Part shown: in pieces, positions 8,714 through 19,022 of the stretch
How the letters are laid out: each line of letters starts with the position of its first letter
Numbering within the stretch: the stretch's first letter is position 1
Assembly (NCBI GenBank): GCA_040380025.1
Contig: JBEIJY010000007.1
Span: 33,424-97,423, forward strand
DNA length: 64,000 nt
Reading direction: 5' to 3'
Source of the DNA: Bdellovibrionales bacterium
Lineage (GTDB): Bacteria; Bdellovibrionota; UBA1018; CAIMNF01
Position numbers and translations under genes: made by a program
The notes under the pieces: model-generated
What the model was told of the DNA's origin: nothing
The model's database searches: none
The model's input: the letters and a program-made list of their open reading frames with translations, nothing else

Positions 8714-9926
8714 AATCCAGATCCTTTCCGAAACTCTCGCGGAGTCCGCGAAGCGAAACGAGCGCCACCGCGAACACAACGACCGCAACGGCAAGGGTCG
8801 CTCCGGTGAGCCCGAGGGAGGGTTTCAGGCCCAATACCGCGAAATTCATCGGCACGAGCGAGAATCGAATGAAGTTCGGCACCGAGGTCGCCACCGTCGC
8901 ACGCAGATTCGTTCCGAACTGCTCGGCCGCGATCGTACACACCACGGCCCAATAGCCCGCGGTGGTGCCGAGCAAAAAGCACACGAAATAAAGCATCGAT
9001 GCGGTCGCGTCCTTCATGCCAAGGAGGTAAAACAGCGTGACCATCGAATTCATCGTGATCGACACGAGCACTGCCCGGTTCCGGCTCTTCATCCACTGGC
9101 TCAGGAACCCGAAAGCGAAATCGCCCACGGTGAAACCGGCGTAACTCGCCATCACCGCGCGGGCCGAAAGCACCTCACCCCGGATGCCGAAAATCCCGGC
9201 GAATTCCGGCGCGTTCGTCACCAGAACTCCGATCGTGAGCCAGATCGGAACCCCGATCAGGATCGAGAGCGCAAAACGCTGGAAGCGATCCTTCGAGGTG
9301 AAGATCGCGAAGAAATTCCCGCGGCTCACGGACCCTTTGCGGGCCCGCTCGAAAATCCCCGATTCATGGACGCCGATTCGCAGGAGCAACAAAAGAAACC
9401 CGAGCACACCGCCGATTTTGAATGCGGTCCTCCAGTCGAACACCTGCGCGACCCAGCCACCCACGATGGCGCCGGTCACCCCCACGGTGGCGACGATCAT
9501 GGTTCCGTATCCGCGGATGGACGGGTGCAGGACCTCGGACACGAGCGTGATTCCCGCACCGAGTTCGCCGGCAAGACCGAGCCCCGAAAAAAACCGGCAA
9601 AACGCATATTCGGTGTAGGTGGTGGCGAAGCCATTCAAGAAATTTCCGAGGGAGTACAAAAAAATCGACCCGAACAGCACCGAAAGGCGCCCCTTGCGAT
9701 CCCCGAGGACGCCCCAGAGGATCCCTCCGAGCATGAGTCCGGTCATTTGAATATTGCTCAGGGACGCACCGACCTCGAGTTCCCTTCCCTCGAATCCGAT
9801 CGAACGGAGGCTTTCGACCCGCACGATGCTGAACAAAAGCAGGTCATAAATGTCGACGAAGTACCCGAGGGCCGCGACGATGACTGCGGCATTCCAGAGA
9901 GAACGCTTCGACCGCACCCCCGACAT
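8697..9926 (-). CDS. MFS transporter
   Basis: About 12 TM segments; GVLGDRKGR motif A; GLGLAGELG. Confidence 0.92.
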   Translation of the reverse strand: MSGVRSKRSLWNAAVIVAALGYFVDIYDLLLFSIVRVESLRSIGFEGRELEVGASLSNIQMTGLMLGGILWGVLGDRKGRLSVLFGSIFLYSLGNFLNGFATTYTEYAFCRFFSGLGLAGELGAGITLVSEVLHPSIRGYGTMIVATVGVTGAIVGGWVAQVFDWRTAFKIGGVLGFLLLLLRIGVHESGIFERARKGSVSRGNFFAIFTSKDRFQRFALSILIGVPIWLTIGVLVTNAPEFAGIFGIRGEVLSARAVMASYAGFTVGDFAFGFLSQWMKSRNRAVLVSITMNSMVTLFYLLGMKDATASMLYFVCFLLGTTAGYWAVVCTIAAEQFGTNLRATVATSVPNFIRFSLVPMNFAVLGLKPSLGLTGATLAVAVVVFAVALVSLRGLRESFGKDLDFVEPI

Positions 9927-9930
9927 GGGA

Positions 9931-11901
9931 CTATTTCGCAGCCCGGGCGAGCCAGTCGCCCATGATGTTCAGCGCCTCTTGCACCCGCGGATCCTTGAGC
10001 CAGAGTTGCTTCCGGCCCTCCACCGTGGCCGAGAGATCCTTCCGTTCTTTCTTCTTGTCTTTGTCCTTGCCCGAACGCTTCAGGATGTCGGCCACTTTGA
10101 TCCAGCCCTCGTTCTTCTTGGTTTCCTCGAGATCCTTCTGGATCTCCTTGAACTCTTCATTCTGCGAGATGCGTTTCGTGGAGCGTTCCTTCAGGTAGCG
10201 GACCAGATCCTCGCCGACGGGTTTCCACTCCTCGGCCGGAGCCTTGCCCCGCGCGAGTTCCATCGACAAAAACGGCGTGGTTTTGGCCGGAGGAAGGGCG
10301 TAATCCATGTAACGCTCGCCCAAATCATCGAGATCCAGATACGTCGGCATCGAGATGTCGGAATCGACGCCTCCGAACTGGGTCGAGACCCCTCCGGGCA
10401 AATAGAACATCTGGGTCGTGAACTTCATCGCACCGAGCTTGAACGGGAGAGGATTCAGCACCTGGACACTGCCCTTTCCGAAGGTGTGATCCCCGCCCAC
10501 GATCAGGGCCCGGCGGTAATCTTTCATCGCACCGGCCAGGATCTCGGATGCCGAGGCGCTCTGCCGGGTGGTCAGAATCATGAAGGGACCGGTGAACAGA
10601 ACCCGCTCGTCATCGTCGGCCAGAACCTCACGACTGCCTTTTCCGTCCTGGGTGGCGACCACTCCGCCTGTCTTGATGAACAAACCCGCGATCCGGACCG
10701 CATCCTGCAAAAGTCCTCCGCCGTTCGACGAAAGATCGAGGATCATCCCGTCGACCTTTTTGGCGCGGGCCTCCTCCACGATGCGTTTCATGTCCTCGTA
10801 GCAGTTCCGGGAGTTTTTCTCGGATCCGCCATAGAACGAGGGAAGCTCCACGACCGCGATGGTGTGGTTCTTTCCGTCGATCTTGCGGGTCTGGTAATCG
10901 ACCTTCGCGGCCTGCTCCTTCATGTCGACCTTGTCGCGGACGAGGGTGACGTGGAAGGTCTCGGACTTCGAACCCGCGGCGCGGACCACCGTCAGACTCA
11001 CGCGGGTGCCCTTTTTTCCGCGGATCATCTTCACCACATCCGAGAGATCCATGTCGACGATGTTCACCGGCTCCTGCTTGTCCTGGCCGACCGCGATGAT
11101 CTTGTCCTTCGGCCGAAGCGCCGATGCCCGGTCGGCGCTTCCGCCCGGGATGATTTCCTGCACCACCGTGTAGCCGTCATCCGAACTGAGCGACACCCCG
11201 ATCCCCTCGAGTGAGAGACCCATGCTGATCCGGAACTCGTCGAGCTGTTCGGGCGAGAGATAGTCCGAGTGGGGATCGAGCGCGTGCGCGAAAGACTCGG
11301 CGAACAGCGTGACCATCTTTCCCGGATTCAACTCGCGCGAGCGCTTGACCGAAAGCGTGTAGCGCTTGACGAGTTGCTCTTTCGCCTTCGGGAGCTTCAC
11401 ATCGCCGGCGGTGATCGTGGCGATCTGGGTATGGACGGCCGCCTCGATCAAAGCGCGTTTCTGGATGGGATCGAGCGGATGCTCCCGTTTTTTCGAATCG
11501 GTCTGATACCGGATCTCCTCATTGATCTTGAAGTCCCCGCGCAAAGTGTCTTCGACGATTTTCAGATTCTCGCCAGCCCGCTCCACGAGGAGCTTTCCGA
11601 TGTCGGCGAGCGGACCGCAGTTCCCCGCATCCATGCCGGATTTCAAGAACAGACCGTTCAACTGCGCGGTCATCTGGTCGATGTCCTTGCGGTAGAAGAT
11701 CTGCTTGTTCGGATCGAGAAATTTCAAGAACAGCGTCACGGTCCTTTTCTTCACCTCATCGTTCAGCTGATTCACCGAAAGATGATTGCCCAAGAACACG
11801 TTCATGAGCGAGGGAACCTGTTCGCATTTCAGTGTCTGGGCGGAGGCCGCACCCGAAAGCACCAGCGAAAGAGAAAGGACCAATGCAGGGAGGTTTCTCA
11901 T
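9931..11901 (-). CDS. prc: Carboxy-terminal processing protease (S41, Prc/Tsp)
   Basis: LDPHSDY, PDZ domain (GIGV), DLSSNGGG, SASASEI, TFGKGSVQ. Confidence 0.93.
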   Translation of the reverse strand: MRNLPALVLSLSLVLSGAASAQTLKCEQVPSLMNVFLGNHLSVNQLNDEVKKRTVTLFLKFLDPNKQIFYRKDIDQMTAQLNGLFLKSGMDAGNCGPLADIGKLLVERAGENLKIVEDTLRGDFKINEEIRYQTDSKKREHPLDPIQKRALIEAAVHTQIATITAGDVKLPKAKEQLVKRYTLSVKRSRELNPGKMVTLFAESFAHALDPHSDYLSPEQLDEFRISMGLSLEGIGVSLSSDDGYTVVQEIIPGGSADRASALRPKDKIIAVGQDKQEPVNIVDMDLSDVVKMIRGKKGTRVSLTVVRAAGSKSETFHVTLVRDKVDMKEQAAKVDYQTRKIDGKNHTIAVVELPSFYGGSEKNSRNCYEDMKRIVEEARAKKVDGMILDLSSNGGGLLQDAVRIAGLFIKTGGVVATQDGKGSREVLADDDERVLFTGPFMILTTRQSASASEILAGAMKDYRRALIVGGDHTFGKGSVQVLNPLPFKLGAMKFTTQMFYLPGGVSTQFGGVDSDISMPTYLDLDDLGERYMDYALPPAKTTPFLSMELARGKAPAEEWKPVGEDLVRYLKERSTKRISQNEEFKEIQKDLEETKKNEGWIKVADILKRSGKDKDKKKERKDLSATVEGRKQLWLKDPRVQEALNIMGDWLARAAK

Positions 11902-11929
11902 AGAGTCTCAGTTTCTTCTGTTTCCGGGC

Positions 11930-13495
11930 TTACCGCAAGATTTCCGTAAGCACCCGTCCCTCGGACTGCGAAGGAGGGAGGACCTCGAGAACCCGCGAAA
12001 GCGTCGGAGCGATGTCGGTGACGTTCACCGTTTGACGGTACGTCCCGGGCTTGAAGGTCTTACCATAAAACACCAAGGGAACGTAGCGGTCGTACGAGTA
12101 AAAGGTCATGTGGGTGATCGGGTACGTATCGCTGTAGTGAAAGGGCTTGAGCACCACGACCAAATCCCCGCTCCGGCGGGTGAGCGTCCGGTCGGCGACA
12201 ATCCCGTACTCCCCGGCCGGAACTTTTCGTTCATACAGGATGTCGTCCCTGGCCCAAACCTGGTCGACGAATCGTTCCTTCAAGAGAGCCTCCCGCACCG
12301 GTTTCAGCGCCTGGGCCGGCGTGATTCCGGCGGACTTCATCGCCTCTCCGTTCAAATAGACCTGGAACTCCACAGTCGAGTCGACCCATTTGCCGCCCTT
12401 CGGTTTTCCGAACGCATCGCTCATGGCCTTCTCGATCAGACGGGGCAGTTCGTCCACCGGGACATTCTCGGAGGCGACCCGGTCCTTGGGAAGGTTGCCG
12501 GGAGGAATGCCGTGGTCGCCGGTCAGCACCACGAAAACGTCCTTCAGCCCGCCCGGGACTTTCTTGGCAAGGGCATTCAGGAATTCCGAAATCAGCCGGT
12601 CTTCGGCAAGGGTCATCGCCTCCATGTCGGGGTGGTTCGGCCCGATCTGATGGCCGAGGTAATCGTGGCTCGACAAGCTCACCAGCAGGAGGTCGGTGTC
12701 TTTTCCCTGCCCGAGCTTCAGACCCTCGGCCGCGGCGAGCGCCATGCGGAAGGTCTCTTCGATGCCCCACGGAGCACGCAGGGAATCCTTCGAGCAGATT
12801 TCGATTCCTTTTTTGGAACCGAAGTCGAATTTTTTTCCTTTTTCGGTTTTGAGGCGCTCATTCTCGCGAAGCGCGAAATCCGGAAGCTTCGTAAGGAAGA
12901 ACTCGCTGGAGATCCACTCGCATCGCTTCTCGTCGAACCAGAGCGTGTAATCCGTGCGTTTGCCTCCGAGCAGAATGGAGGCGCGATCCTTGACCGCCAC
13001 ACTCACGATCCGGGAGGGGCGATCGACGTTCTTGATCTCATCCCCCACCGTGCTGGCATTGAAACCCCGGGGCGAAACCCCGATTTTTTTCGGGTCCGCG
13101 ATCACCCCGTCCGAGCCGACGAGCCGGGTTTGCTCGTCCTCGACGCAATACACTTCCTTCTTTTTTTCGCGATCAAACCAGGTGTTCGTCGAGATGCCAT
13201 GCCGGTACGGATACGCTCCCGAAAGGATCGCCGCATGCCCGGGACCGGTCATGTCCTGCAGAAGTCCGTGATCCGCGAGCGGAAAATACGCGCCGTTTTC
13301 GACCAAAAATCGATACCCCTTGCCCGATCCGCCCGCGGGCCGGAAGCGGTCCTTGAACCGCATGAGGTAATCGGCGCGGAACTGGTCCACCACCAGAACC
13401 ACTCCCAGTCGATAGGAGCTGCCGGCCTGCGCGACGCCCGCCGACCAGAACAAAGACAGCAACAACGCTTTGAAAATCCAAGAATTTTTGATCAT
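11930..13495 (-). CDS. Alkaline phosphatase superfamily protein (PafA-like)
   Basis: Signal peptide, VVDQFRADYL, TGPGHA (Thr nucleophile), DYLGH, TGDHG. Confidence 0.9.
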   Translation of the reverse strand: MIKNSWIFKALLLSLFWSAGVAQAGSSYRLGVVLVVDQFRADYLMRFKDRFRPAGGSGKGYRFLVENGAYFPLADHGLLQDMTGPGHAAILSGAYPYRHGISTNTWFDREKKKEVYCVEDEQTRLVGSDGVIADPKKIGVSPRGFNASTVGDEIKNVDRPSRIVSVAVKDRASILLGGKRTDYTLWFDEKRCEWISSEFFLTKLPDFALRENERLKTEKGKKFDFGSKKGIEICSKDSLRAPWGIEETFRMALAAAEGLKLGQGKDTDLLLVSLSSHDYLGHQIGPNHPDMEAMTLAEDRLISEFLNALAKKVPGGLKDVFVVLTGDHGIPPGNLPKDRVASENVPVDELPRLIEKAMSDAFGKPKGGKWVDSTVEFQVYLNGEAMKSAGITPAQALKPVREALLKERFVDQVWARDDILYERKVPAGEYGIVADRTLTRRSGDLVVVLKPFHYSDTYPITHMTFYSYDRYVPLVFYGKTFKPGTYRQTVNVTDIAPTLSRVLEVLPPSQSEGRVLTEILR

Positions 13496-13687
13496 GAGGC
13501 CGTTTTAATCCTGCGGGTCGGATCCGATCAAGGGAATTGCGTGCGTCCCGTCCCGATCGATTAAACAAAAATAATTTACTTTTATTGTTTAAACCGAATC
13601 CATTTAATGCTATTCGATCCAACTACGGACACCAGGTCCGGGGACCAGGCCCGAAAAGGCCGGAAACAGAAAGGGAAGGCCGCACGC

Positions 13688-14542
13688 ATGAAACGGAACA
13701 CCAATCACTCACCCCTCGCCGCTTCGCTGATCGGAGCGGGACTCATCCTCTCGGGAGCACTCTTCGGGGCAATCTCTGTCGCCCACGCCACCGGGTACAG
13801 CCCCTCCAAGATCATCGGGATCAATCCGCTCGTCCCGGTCAAGGTGGACGGGAGCAACATCCCCGAGGCCCTGCGACCGACCCTCGATGCCTTCGGTCTG
13901 GTGGCCGTCGGGAACTCGGGGGCATGCTCGGGCACCCACATCGGCAACGGCTATGTCCTCACCGCCGGCCACTGCTTCATCGACGGCGATGGCCCGGGCG
14001 TTCTTTCGAACGAGGCCTGCGCCACCACCAAGCTCTACTGGGGCTACCGCGGATCTCCCGCCACCGGGACCCCGAAACCCCTGGTGACCTTGGTCAGCAA
14101 ATGCGTCAAAATCGTCCATGCCGAGCTGAATGACGATCGCGACTACGCCCTCCTGCAGGTCGATCAGATGCCCGCATCGAGCATTCCGGTGGCGGTTGAA
14201 CCCGCCCGGACAACCGCAGGAACCCCCATCACGATTTTCGGATACCCGATGGGACGCCCCCTGGAGTGGTCCCAATTCTGCTCCATTCAAAGAAGCACGG
14301 TGGTGGGAGCTCCGTTCGATCTTCCCTCGCGGATGGCGCACCAGTGCGACACCCAGCACGGAAACAGCGGCAGCAGCATGCTGGCCCAAGGCGCGAACGG
14401 TGGTCTGAAAGTGGTGGGCATCCACGCCGCTTCGGCTCCGGACCCGATCCGCTACAACATGGGCACCTACATGCTCGATATCCGCAAAGCCCTGCAACGC
14501 GCCGGGATCAACGTCGAACGGCTCTCGGGTGCGGCCCAATAG
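13688..14542 (+). CDS. Secreted trypsin-like serine protease
   Basis: Catalytic triad motifs LTAGHC, DYALL and DTQHGNSGS; signal peptide. Confidence 0.92.
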   Translation: MKRNTNHSPLAASLIGAGLILSGALFGAISVAHATGYSPSKIIGINPLVPVKVDGSNIPEALRPTLDAFGLVAVGNSGACSGTHIGNGYVLTAGHCFIDGDGPGVLSNEACATTKLYWGYRGSPATGTPKPLVTLVSKCVKIVHAELNDDRDYALLQVDQMPASSIPVAVEPARTTAGTPITIFGYPMGRPLEWSQFCSIQRSTVVGAPFDLPSRMAHQCDTQHGNSGSSMLAQGANGGLKVVGIHAASAPDPIRYNMGTYMLDIRKALQRAGINVERLSGAAQ

Positions 14543-14607
14543 CGCGGCCCAATCGTTCCGAAGAAGCGATTCCCATTTGCCCGGGGATCGCGTAAACTCC
14601 GGACCCC

Positions 14608-15747
14608 ATGAGCGAAATCAAAATCCGGGAAGTATCAGGAAAACGCGGCACCGAAGAATTCGTCGAGGTGGTCTGGAAGATCTGTGACCAAAAAAAATTC
14701 CCCGCCTGGGTCCCTCCTCTTCGATTGTCCGTGATCGAGAGCCTGGACACCAAAAAAAACCCTTTCTACCGGCGTGCTGAAATCCAGCTCTTCATCGCCG
14801 AAAAGGACGGGGCCCCGGTGGGACGGATCGCCGCGGTCGACAACCGCGGACACAACGAGTTCCACGGCGAGAAAACCGGATTCTACGGTTTTTTCGAGTG
14901 CATCAACGATCAGGAAGTCGCAAATCACCTGTTCCGGACCGCCGAAGCCTGGCTGAAAGCACGGGGGCTCGACAAAATGGTGGGCCCGGTGAACCCTTCG
15001 ACCAATCATGAGTGCGGACTTCTGATCGAGGGCACCGATCAGCACCCCACCGTCATGACCACCTGGAACCCCGATTATTACGCTCCCCTACACGAAGGAT
15101 TCGGACTGTCGAAGGCGAAGGATCTGGTGGCCTACCGGATCGAGCGCGAAAAAAATGCAGGACTCCCTCCGAAAGTCGTCAAATACGTCCAGCGCCTCCG
15201 CGAGCGGAATTCGCGAATCACTTTCCGCGACTTCAACCTGAAGGACTACAAGAACGAAGTTGACCGGTGTTTCGAGATTTACAATTCCGCCTGGGAGAAC
15301 AACTGGGGATTCTTCCCGATGACCCGCGAGGAGTTCGAATTCGCGGCAAAGGACATGAAGATGATCCTCGACCCCCGGATGGCCTTCATAGCCGAGGTCG
15401 ACGGAAAACCCGCGGGATTCATGCTGGCCGTGCCAGACCTGAACCTCGTGCTGAAACGCATTCCGGACGGAAAGCTCCTCCCCACCGGGATCTTCAAGCT
15501 TCTGTTCGGAAAAAAACACATGAACAAGGTCCGCATCGTCACCTTGGGTGTGAAGCCCGAATTTCGCGGGAGCGGAATCTTCGCGCTCTTCACCTTCGAG
15601 GCCTTCGACCGCGCCCATCGATATGGTTATTCGGAGGGGGAAGCCTCATGGATTCTCGAGGACAATGTCGCGATGAACAAGCCGTGGGCGGACCTCGGAG
15701 CGCCTCGCCACCGTAGATGGCGAATTTACGAAAAATCCCTCGCATGA
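14608..15747 (+). CDS. YghO-like double-GNAT N-acyltransferase (bacterial ceramide synthase-like)
   Basis: WVPPL, NPF, VGRIAA, GFFECIND, GLLIEG, NPDYY, WENNWGF and SWILEDN motifs. Confidence 0.75.
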   Translation: MSEIKIREVSGKRGTEEFVEVVWKICDQKKFPAWVPPLRLSVIESLDTKKNPFYRRAEIQLFIAEKDGAPVGRIAAVDNRGHNEFHGEKTGFYGFFECINDQEVANHLFRTAEAWLKARGLDKMVGPVNPSTNHECGLLIEGTDQHPTVMTTWNPDYYAPLHEGFGLSKAKDLVAYRIEREKNAGLPPKVVKYVQRLRERNSRITFRDFNLKDYKNEVDRCFEIYNSAWENNWGFFPMTREEFEFAAKDMKMILDPRMAFIAEVDGKPAGFMLAVPDLNLVLKRIPDGKLLPTGIFKLLFGKKHMNKVRIVTLGVKPEFRGSGIFALFTFEAFDRAHRYGYSEGEASWILEDNVAMNKPWADLGAPRHRRWRIYEKSLA

Positions 15748-16913
15748 TGCGGCCATGGATTCTCCTCCTCTGCGTTCTTGGCTTCGCATCCGGGGCACAC
15801 GGGCAGGACACGCCGACGATCGAAATCGACCCGGGGTCCCTCGGTTTTTCGGATGACCTCGGGTTCCGCGATCTCGAGCGCGCCATCCAACGCCAGATCG
15901 ACGCTTACGATGAAGGCCGCGCAAATCTGGAAGGAAGAATCACCTTCGGAGCCCGGTCCTACCCGAAGAGTGTTCTCCGCGATACGCTCGTGCTGTTCCG
16001 GGAGATCGCGCGTGAGGGCGAGGAATGCCTTGCCTCGCTCCCGGACTCCGTGTGCCGGGAGCACTTTGACCGATCGATCAAAAAAAGATTCCGGGTCTTC
16101 ACACCGGCCGCCGGAACCTCGCGCTTCACTGCTTACTATAGTCCGGACTTCACGGGCGCCCTTGCTCCGACAGAACAGTTCCGGATCCCTTTGTATTCCG
16201 CGCCCTCCGATCCTGTTCTTCGGGCTTCGACCCGCGAGGACATCGTCTATCACGGCGTATTGGGTGGCCGCGGACTCGAGTGCGCCTGGATCGATGCCGA
16301 TCTATTCGAGCTTTACTCCCTGCACATCGAGGGCGGGGGCCGGATCCGGCTGGTTGACCCGGTCTCAGGAGCGATCACCACCAAATACCTCACGTATGAC
16401 GGCAAAAACGGCCAACCACTCCGATTTTTTTCGAGGCTCATGGTCGAGCACGGCTGGCTTGATCCCTCCGACATGAGCCATGCGTCCCAGCACCGGGTGT
16501 TCCTCGAGCGACCTGAGATCCAGCGGATCCTGCATGCCGAAAGTCCGAGCTATGTTTATTTTCGGGTCACGGACGAAGAACCGGTCGGCATCGACTCGAT
16601 TCCCTTGACCGAACGCCGCTCCTATGCGTATGATACTGCTTATTACCCCGTCTCGGGGATCTTAAGCTTCACCCGACTGACCCGGAATGACGGCCGCGAG
16701 ATCTCCCGCTTCATGCTGGGGCAAGACATTGGTGGCGCAATCAAGGGGCCGGCAAGGGCGGATCTGTATTTCGGGTTCGGCGAAGAGGCGAGAATCGCGG
16801 CCGAGAGCCTCGGAGCGGAGGGCCGGCAGTTTTTCTTGATCCGGAAGGATGCCCGATCAAAACCGAAGAAAACGAAAAAACGGCGGAAACCGATCCGCGG
16901 GACAAGAACATGA
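15744..16913 (+). CDS. mltA: Lytic transglycosylase MltA
   Basis: FTAYYSP, LHIEGGG, PSYVYF and 3D domain QDIGGAIKG..RADLYFG; ATGA overlap with the upstream gene. Confidence 0.9.
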   Translation: MMRPWILLLCVLGFASGAHGQDTPTIEIDPGSLGFSDDLGFRDLERAIQRQIDAYDEGRANLEGRITFGARSYPKSVLRDTLVLFREIAREGEECLASLPDSVCREHFDRSIKKRFRVFTPAAGTSRFTAYYSPDFTGALAPTEQFRIPLYSAPSDPVLRASTREDIVYHGVLGGRGLECAWIDADLFELYSLHIEGGGRIRLVDPVSGAITTKYLTYDGKNGQPLRFFSRLMVEHGWLDPSDMSHASQHRVFLERPEIQRILHAESPSYVYFRVTDEEPVGIDSIPLTERRSYAYDTAYYPVSGILSFTRLTRNDGREISRFMLGQDIGGAIKGPARADLYFGFGEEARIAAESLGAEGRQFFLIRKDARSKPKKTKKRRKPIRGTRT

Positions 16914-18526
16914 AGCAACTCAGGAATCTGGACGAACAATCCAGACAATGGTTTTCACAGGCAGCCCTTTTTTCGATCGCCTGTGTCGCGGTCATGGGAA
17001 AACCCTGGGAATCGCTGCTGCAGGCCTGGGACAGCTCCCTTCATGCCCGGGTCGCGCTGCAGGTCTCTTCGGGAGGATGGCTTCCCCGCTTTCCGATGCA
17101 ATGGATGAATCTGGACTTCTCCAACCCGGTCTACAATGACCACCCGTTCCCCTTGTTCTATCTTGCCGGAAAGTTCATGCGTTTTTTCGGAGCCAATGCG
17201 TGGAGCGCGCGATTCCTTCCGTCTTTGTTCTCCGTGCTCGCGCTCGGGGTGCTGTACCGACTCGTTCGTACCCAATTCCATCACCGAATCGCGATCCTGG
17301 CTTCGGTTCTGGTCCTTTCGACTCCGATGTGGTTCCAGCACGGCGCCAAGTTCCAGCTCGATCCGGCCATGATTTTCTGGATCCTGATCTCGTTCGCACT
17401 TTGGCGGAAGGTGCATCTCCCGGGAACCATTTCGCTTGCTCCCGCTTTTCTTGCCGGTCTTGCCTCCGGTTTGGCCGTGGCGTTCAAGAACCCCGTGGGA
17501 TTCCTTCTTCTGCCCGTGGCATGGATCGTGGATTTCGGATTCCAGAGCCACCGTTCCGTCCGGTCCTTGTTGGCCTATGCCCTCCTCGGTGCGGGATCCC
17601 TCCTTCCTTCTCTTCTGATCTGGGCCATCACCATCCGTCTCGGAGGCTGGCATCTTTTCGAGGACTATTTTTCACGGCAGGTCCTCGGCAGCGCCCTTCA
17701 CGGACGGGGCTACGGAAGCCCCATTGACCCGTTTTATTTCTGGAAGGTATTGCGACAGTCCTATCTTCCCGGGCTCCTGGTGTTGGCAGGATCCTGCATC
17801 GCGATCCTGCTTTCCGGGAATCGTCCCGGAATCACGATTCCGCGAAATCGCGATCTTCAAATTCATCTGGTGGCCGTGGCCGTCCTGGTGACAGTGCTGA
17901 CGCTGATCCGGTTCAAGTATCCGTACTATTTTCTTCCCGTCTTTCCATTCCTTTCGGTCGTCGTAGCATGCGTTGTCGATCGCGCATTCCGGGCGGCCGG
18001 ACGCACCTTCACCGCACGAACGATCGATCTTTTCCTGATCCCTGCCGGCCTGCTCCTGCCCCTGGCCTTGGTTGTTTTTCCGGTTTCGCTCACGGCGGAG
18101 CAGTTCCCTGCGATCCGGAAATTCATGCCCTTCATCCAGACCCACTCGAAACCGGGCGATCGGGTGATGTATGTCAACCATGTCCAACCCTACGGCAATG
18201 ACGGGGATACGTATGTGGAAATCGCATTCTATACCAACCGGGGCTTCACTTCGGCCTCTTGCGATGGTGCCGCAGGGAAGGTCGCCGAAGTTCGACCCGA
18301 GTGGATCATCACTTCCGGAACCGCCCCCGGGGATTGCCTGACCCCGGCCCTGCTCGGGCGTTATCCCTTCCGCGTGCGGGCGGGAAATCAGTTCCTCCTG
18401 TCATCGCGCGATATTCCGGCCGAAAACGGAGTTTTCGATCTGACCCCGCTGTATCTCGAGCTCAATGCGACCGTGGATGACGAGCCACCTCCGCTCCCGA
18501 AGAATCAGTTTCACCGGTACGAGTGA
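16910..18526 (+). CDS. ArnT/PMT-like GT-C glycosyltransferase (family 39/83)
   Basis: DHPFP, FGANAWSARF, multiple TM segments, KYPYYFLP; ATGA overlap. Confidence 0.82.
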   Translation: MKQLRNLDEQSRQWFSQAALFSIACVAVMGKPWESLLQAWDSSLHARVALQVSSGGWLPRFPMQWMNLDFSNPVYNDHPFPLFYLAGKFMRFFGANAWSARFLPSLFSVLALGVLYRLVRTQFHHRIAILASVLVLSTPMWFQHGAKFQLDPAMIFWILISFALWRKVHLPGTISLAPAFLAGLASGLAVAFKNPVGFLLLPVAWIVDFGFQSHRSVRSLLAYALLGAGSLLPSLLIWAITIRLGGWHLFEDYFSRQVLGSALHGRGYGSPIDPFYFWKVLRQSYLPGLLVLAGSCIAILLSGNRPGITIPRNRDLQIHLVAVAVLVTVLTLIRFKYPYYFLPVFPFLSVVVACVVDRAFRAAGRTFTARTIDLFLIPAGLLLPLALVVFPVSLTAEQFPAIRKFMPFIQTHSKPGDRVMYVNHVQPYGNDGDTYVEIAFYTNRGFTSASCDGAAGKVAEVRPEWIITSGTAPGDCLTPALLGRYPFRVRAGNQFLLSSRDIPAENGVFDLTPLYLELNATVDDEPPPLPKNQFHRYE

Positions 18527-18528
18527 AT

Positions 18529-18948
18529 TCAACCGAGAACCGCCAGCGCGAACTTGCCCCACATCCAGAACAAAGCAATGCACGAAAGGAAATAGGCGGT
18601 AAACCGCAGGGTGATGATATTCACCGTGCAATGAACGAGGCTGTGCACGGCCCGGAAGGCCACAAACGCCCAAGCGCCTTTTTCATAAAGGGGATCCGAA
18701 TCGCCCCCGTGGATCAGAAGAAGCATCAGCACGAAAAACAGTACCGGCACTTCGAACAGATTCTCGAAATTGTCCGAAGGGTTCGTCGCATCGCGGATCC
18801 TTTGGTATCCCTCTTCGGTCCTGAGATCCTCGATCGCGACCCGATTCCGGATCATCGATGAAAGCCGGGTCAGATACATCCAGCACCATACCAGCACCGT
18901 GAGCGCGATCTGGGCAAGGACCGGAAGAACAAGAGGATGGTGGTTCAT
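18529..18948 (-). CDS. MAPEG family membrane protein
   Basis: NFENLFEVPVLFF and FRAVHSLVH; promoter TTGCGA-N17-GATCAT 6 nt upstream. Confidence 0.88.
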   Translation of the reverse strand: MNHHPLVLPVLAQIALTVLVWCWMYLTRLSSMIRNRVAIEDLRTEEGYQRIRDATNPSDNFENLFEVPVLFFVLMLLLIHGGDSDPLYEKGAWAFVAFRAVHSLVHCTVNIITLRFTAYFLSCIALFWMWGKFALAVLG

Positions 18949-19022
18949 GGCTTCATGATCCCGAAATTCCGTGCCGATCGCAAGTCTTTCGACAATGGGA
19001 TTTTTGGCTCATCACCCATGAT

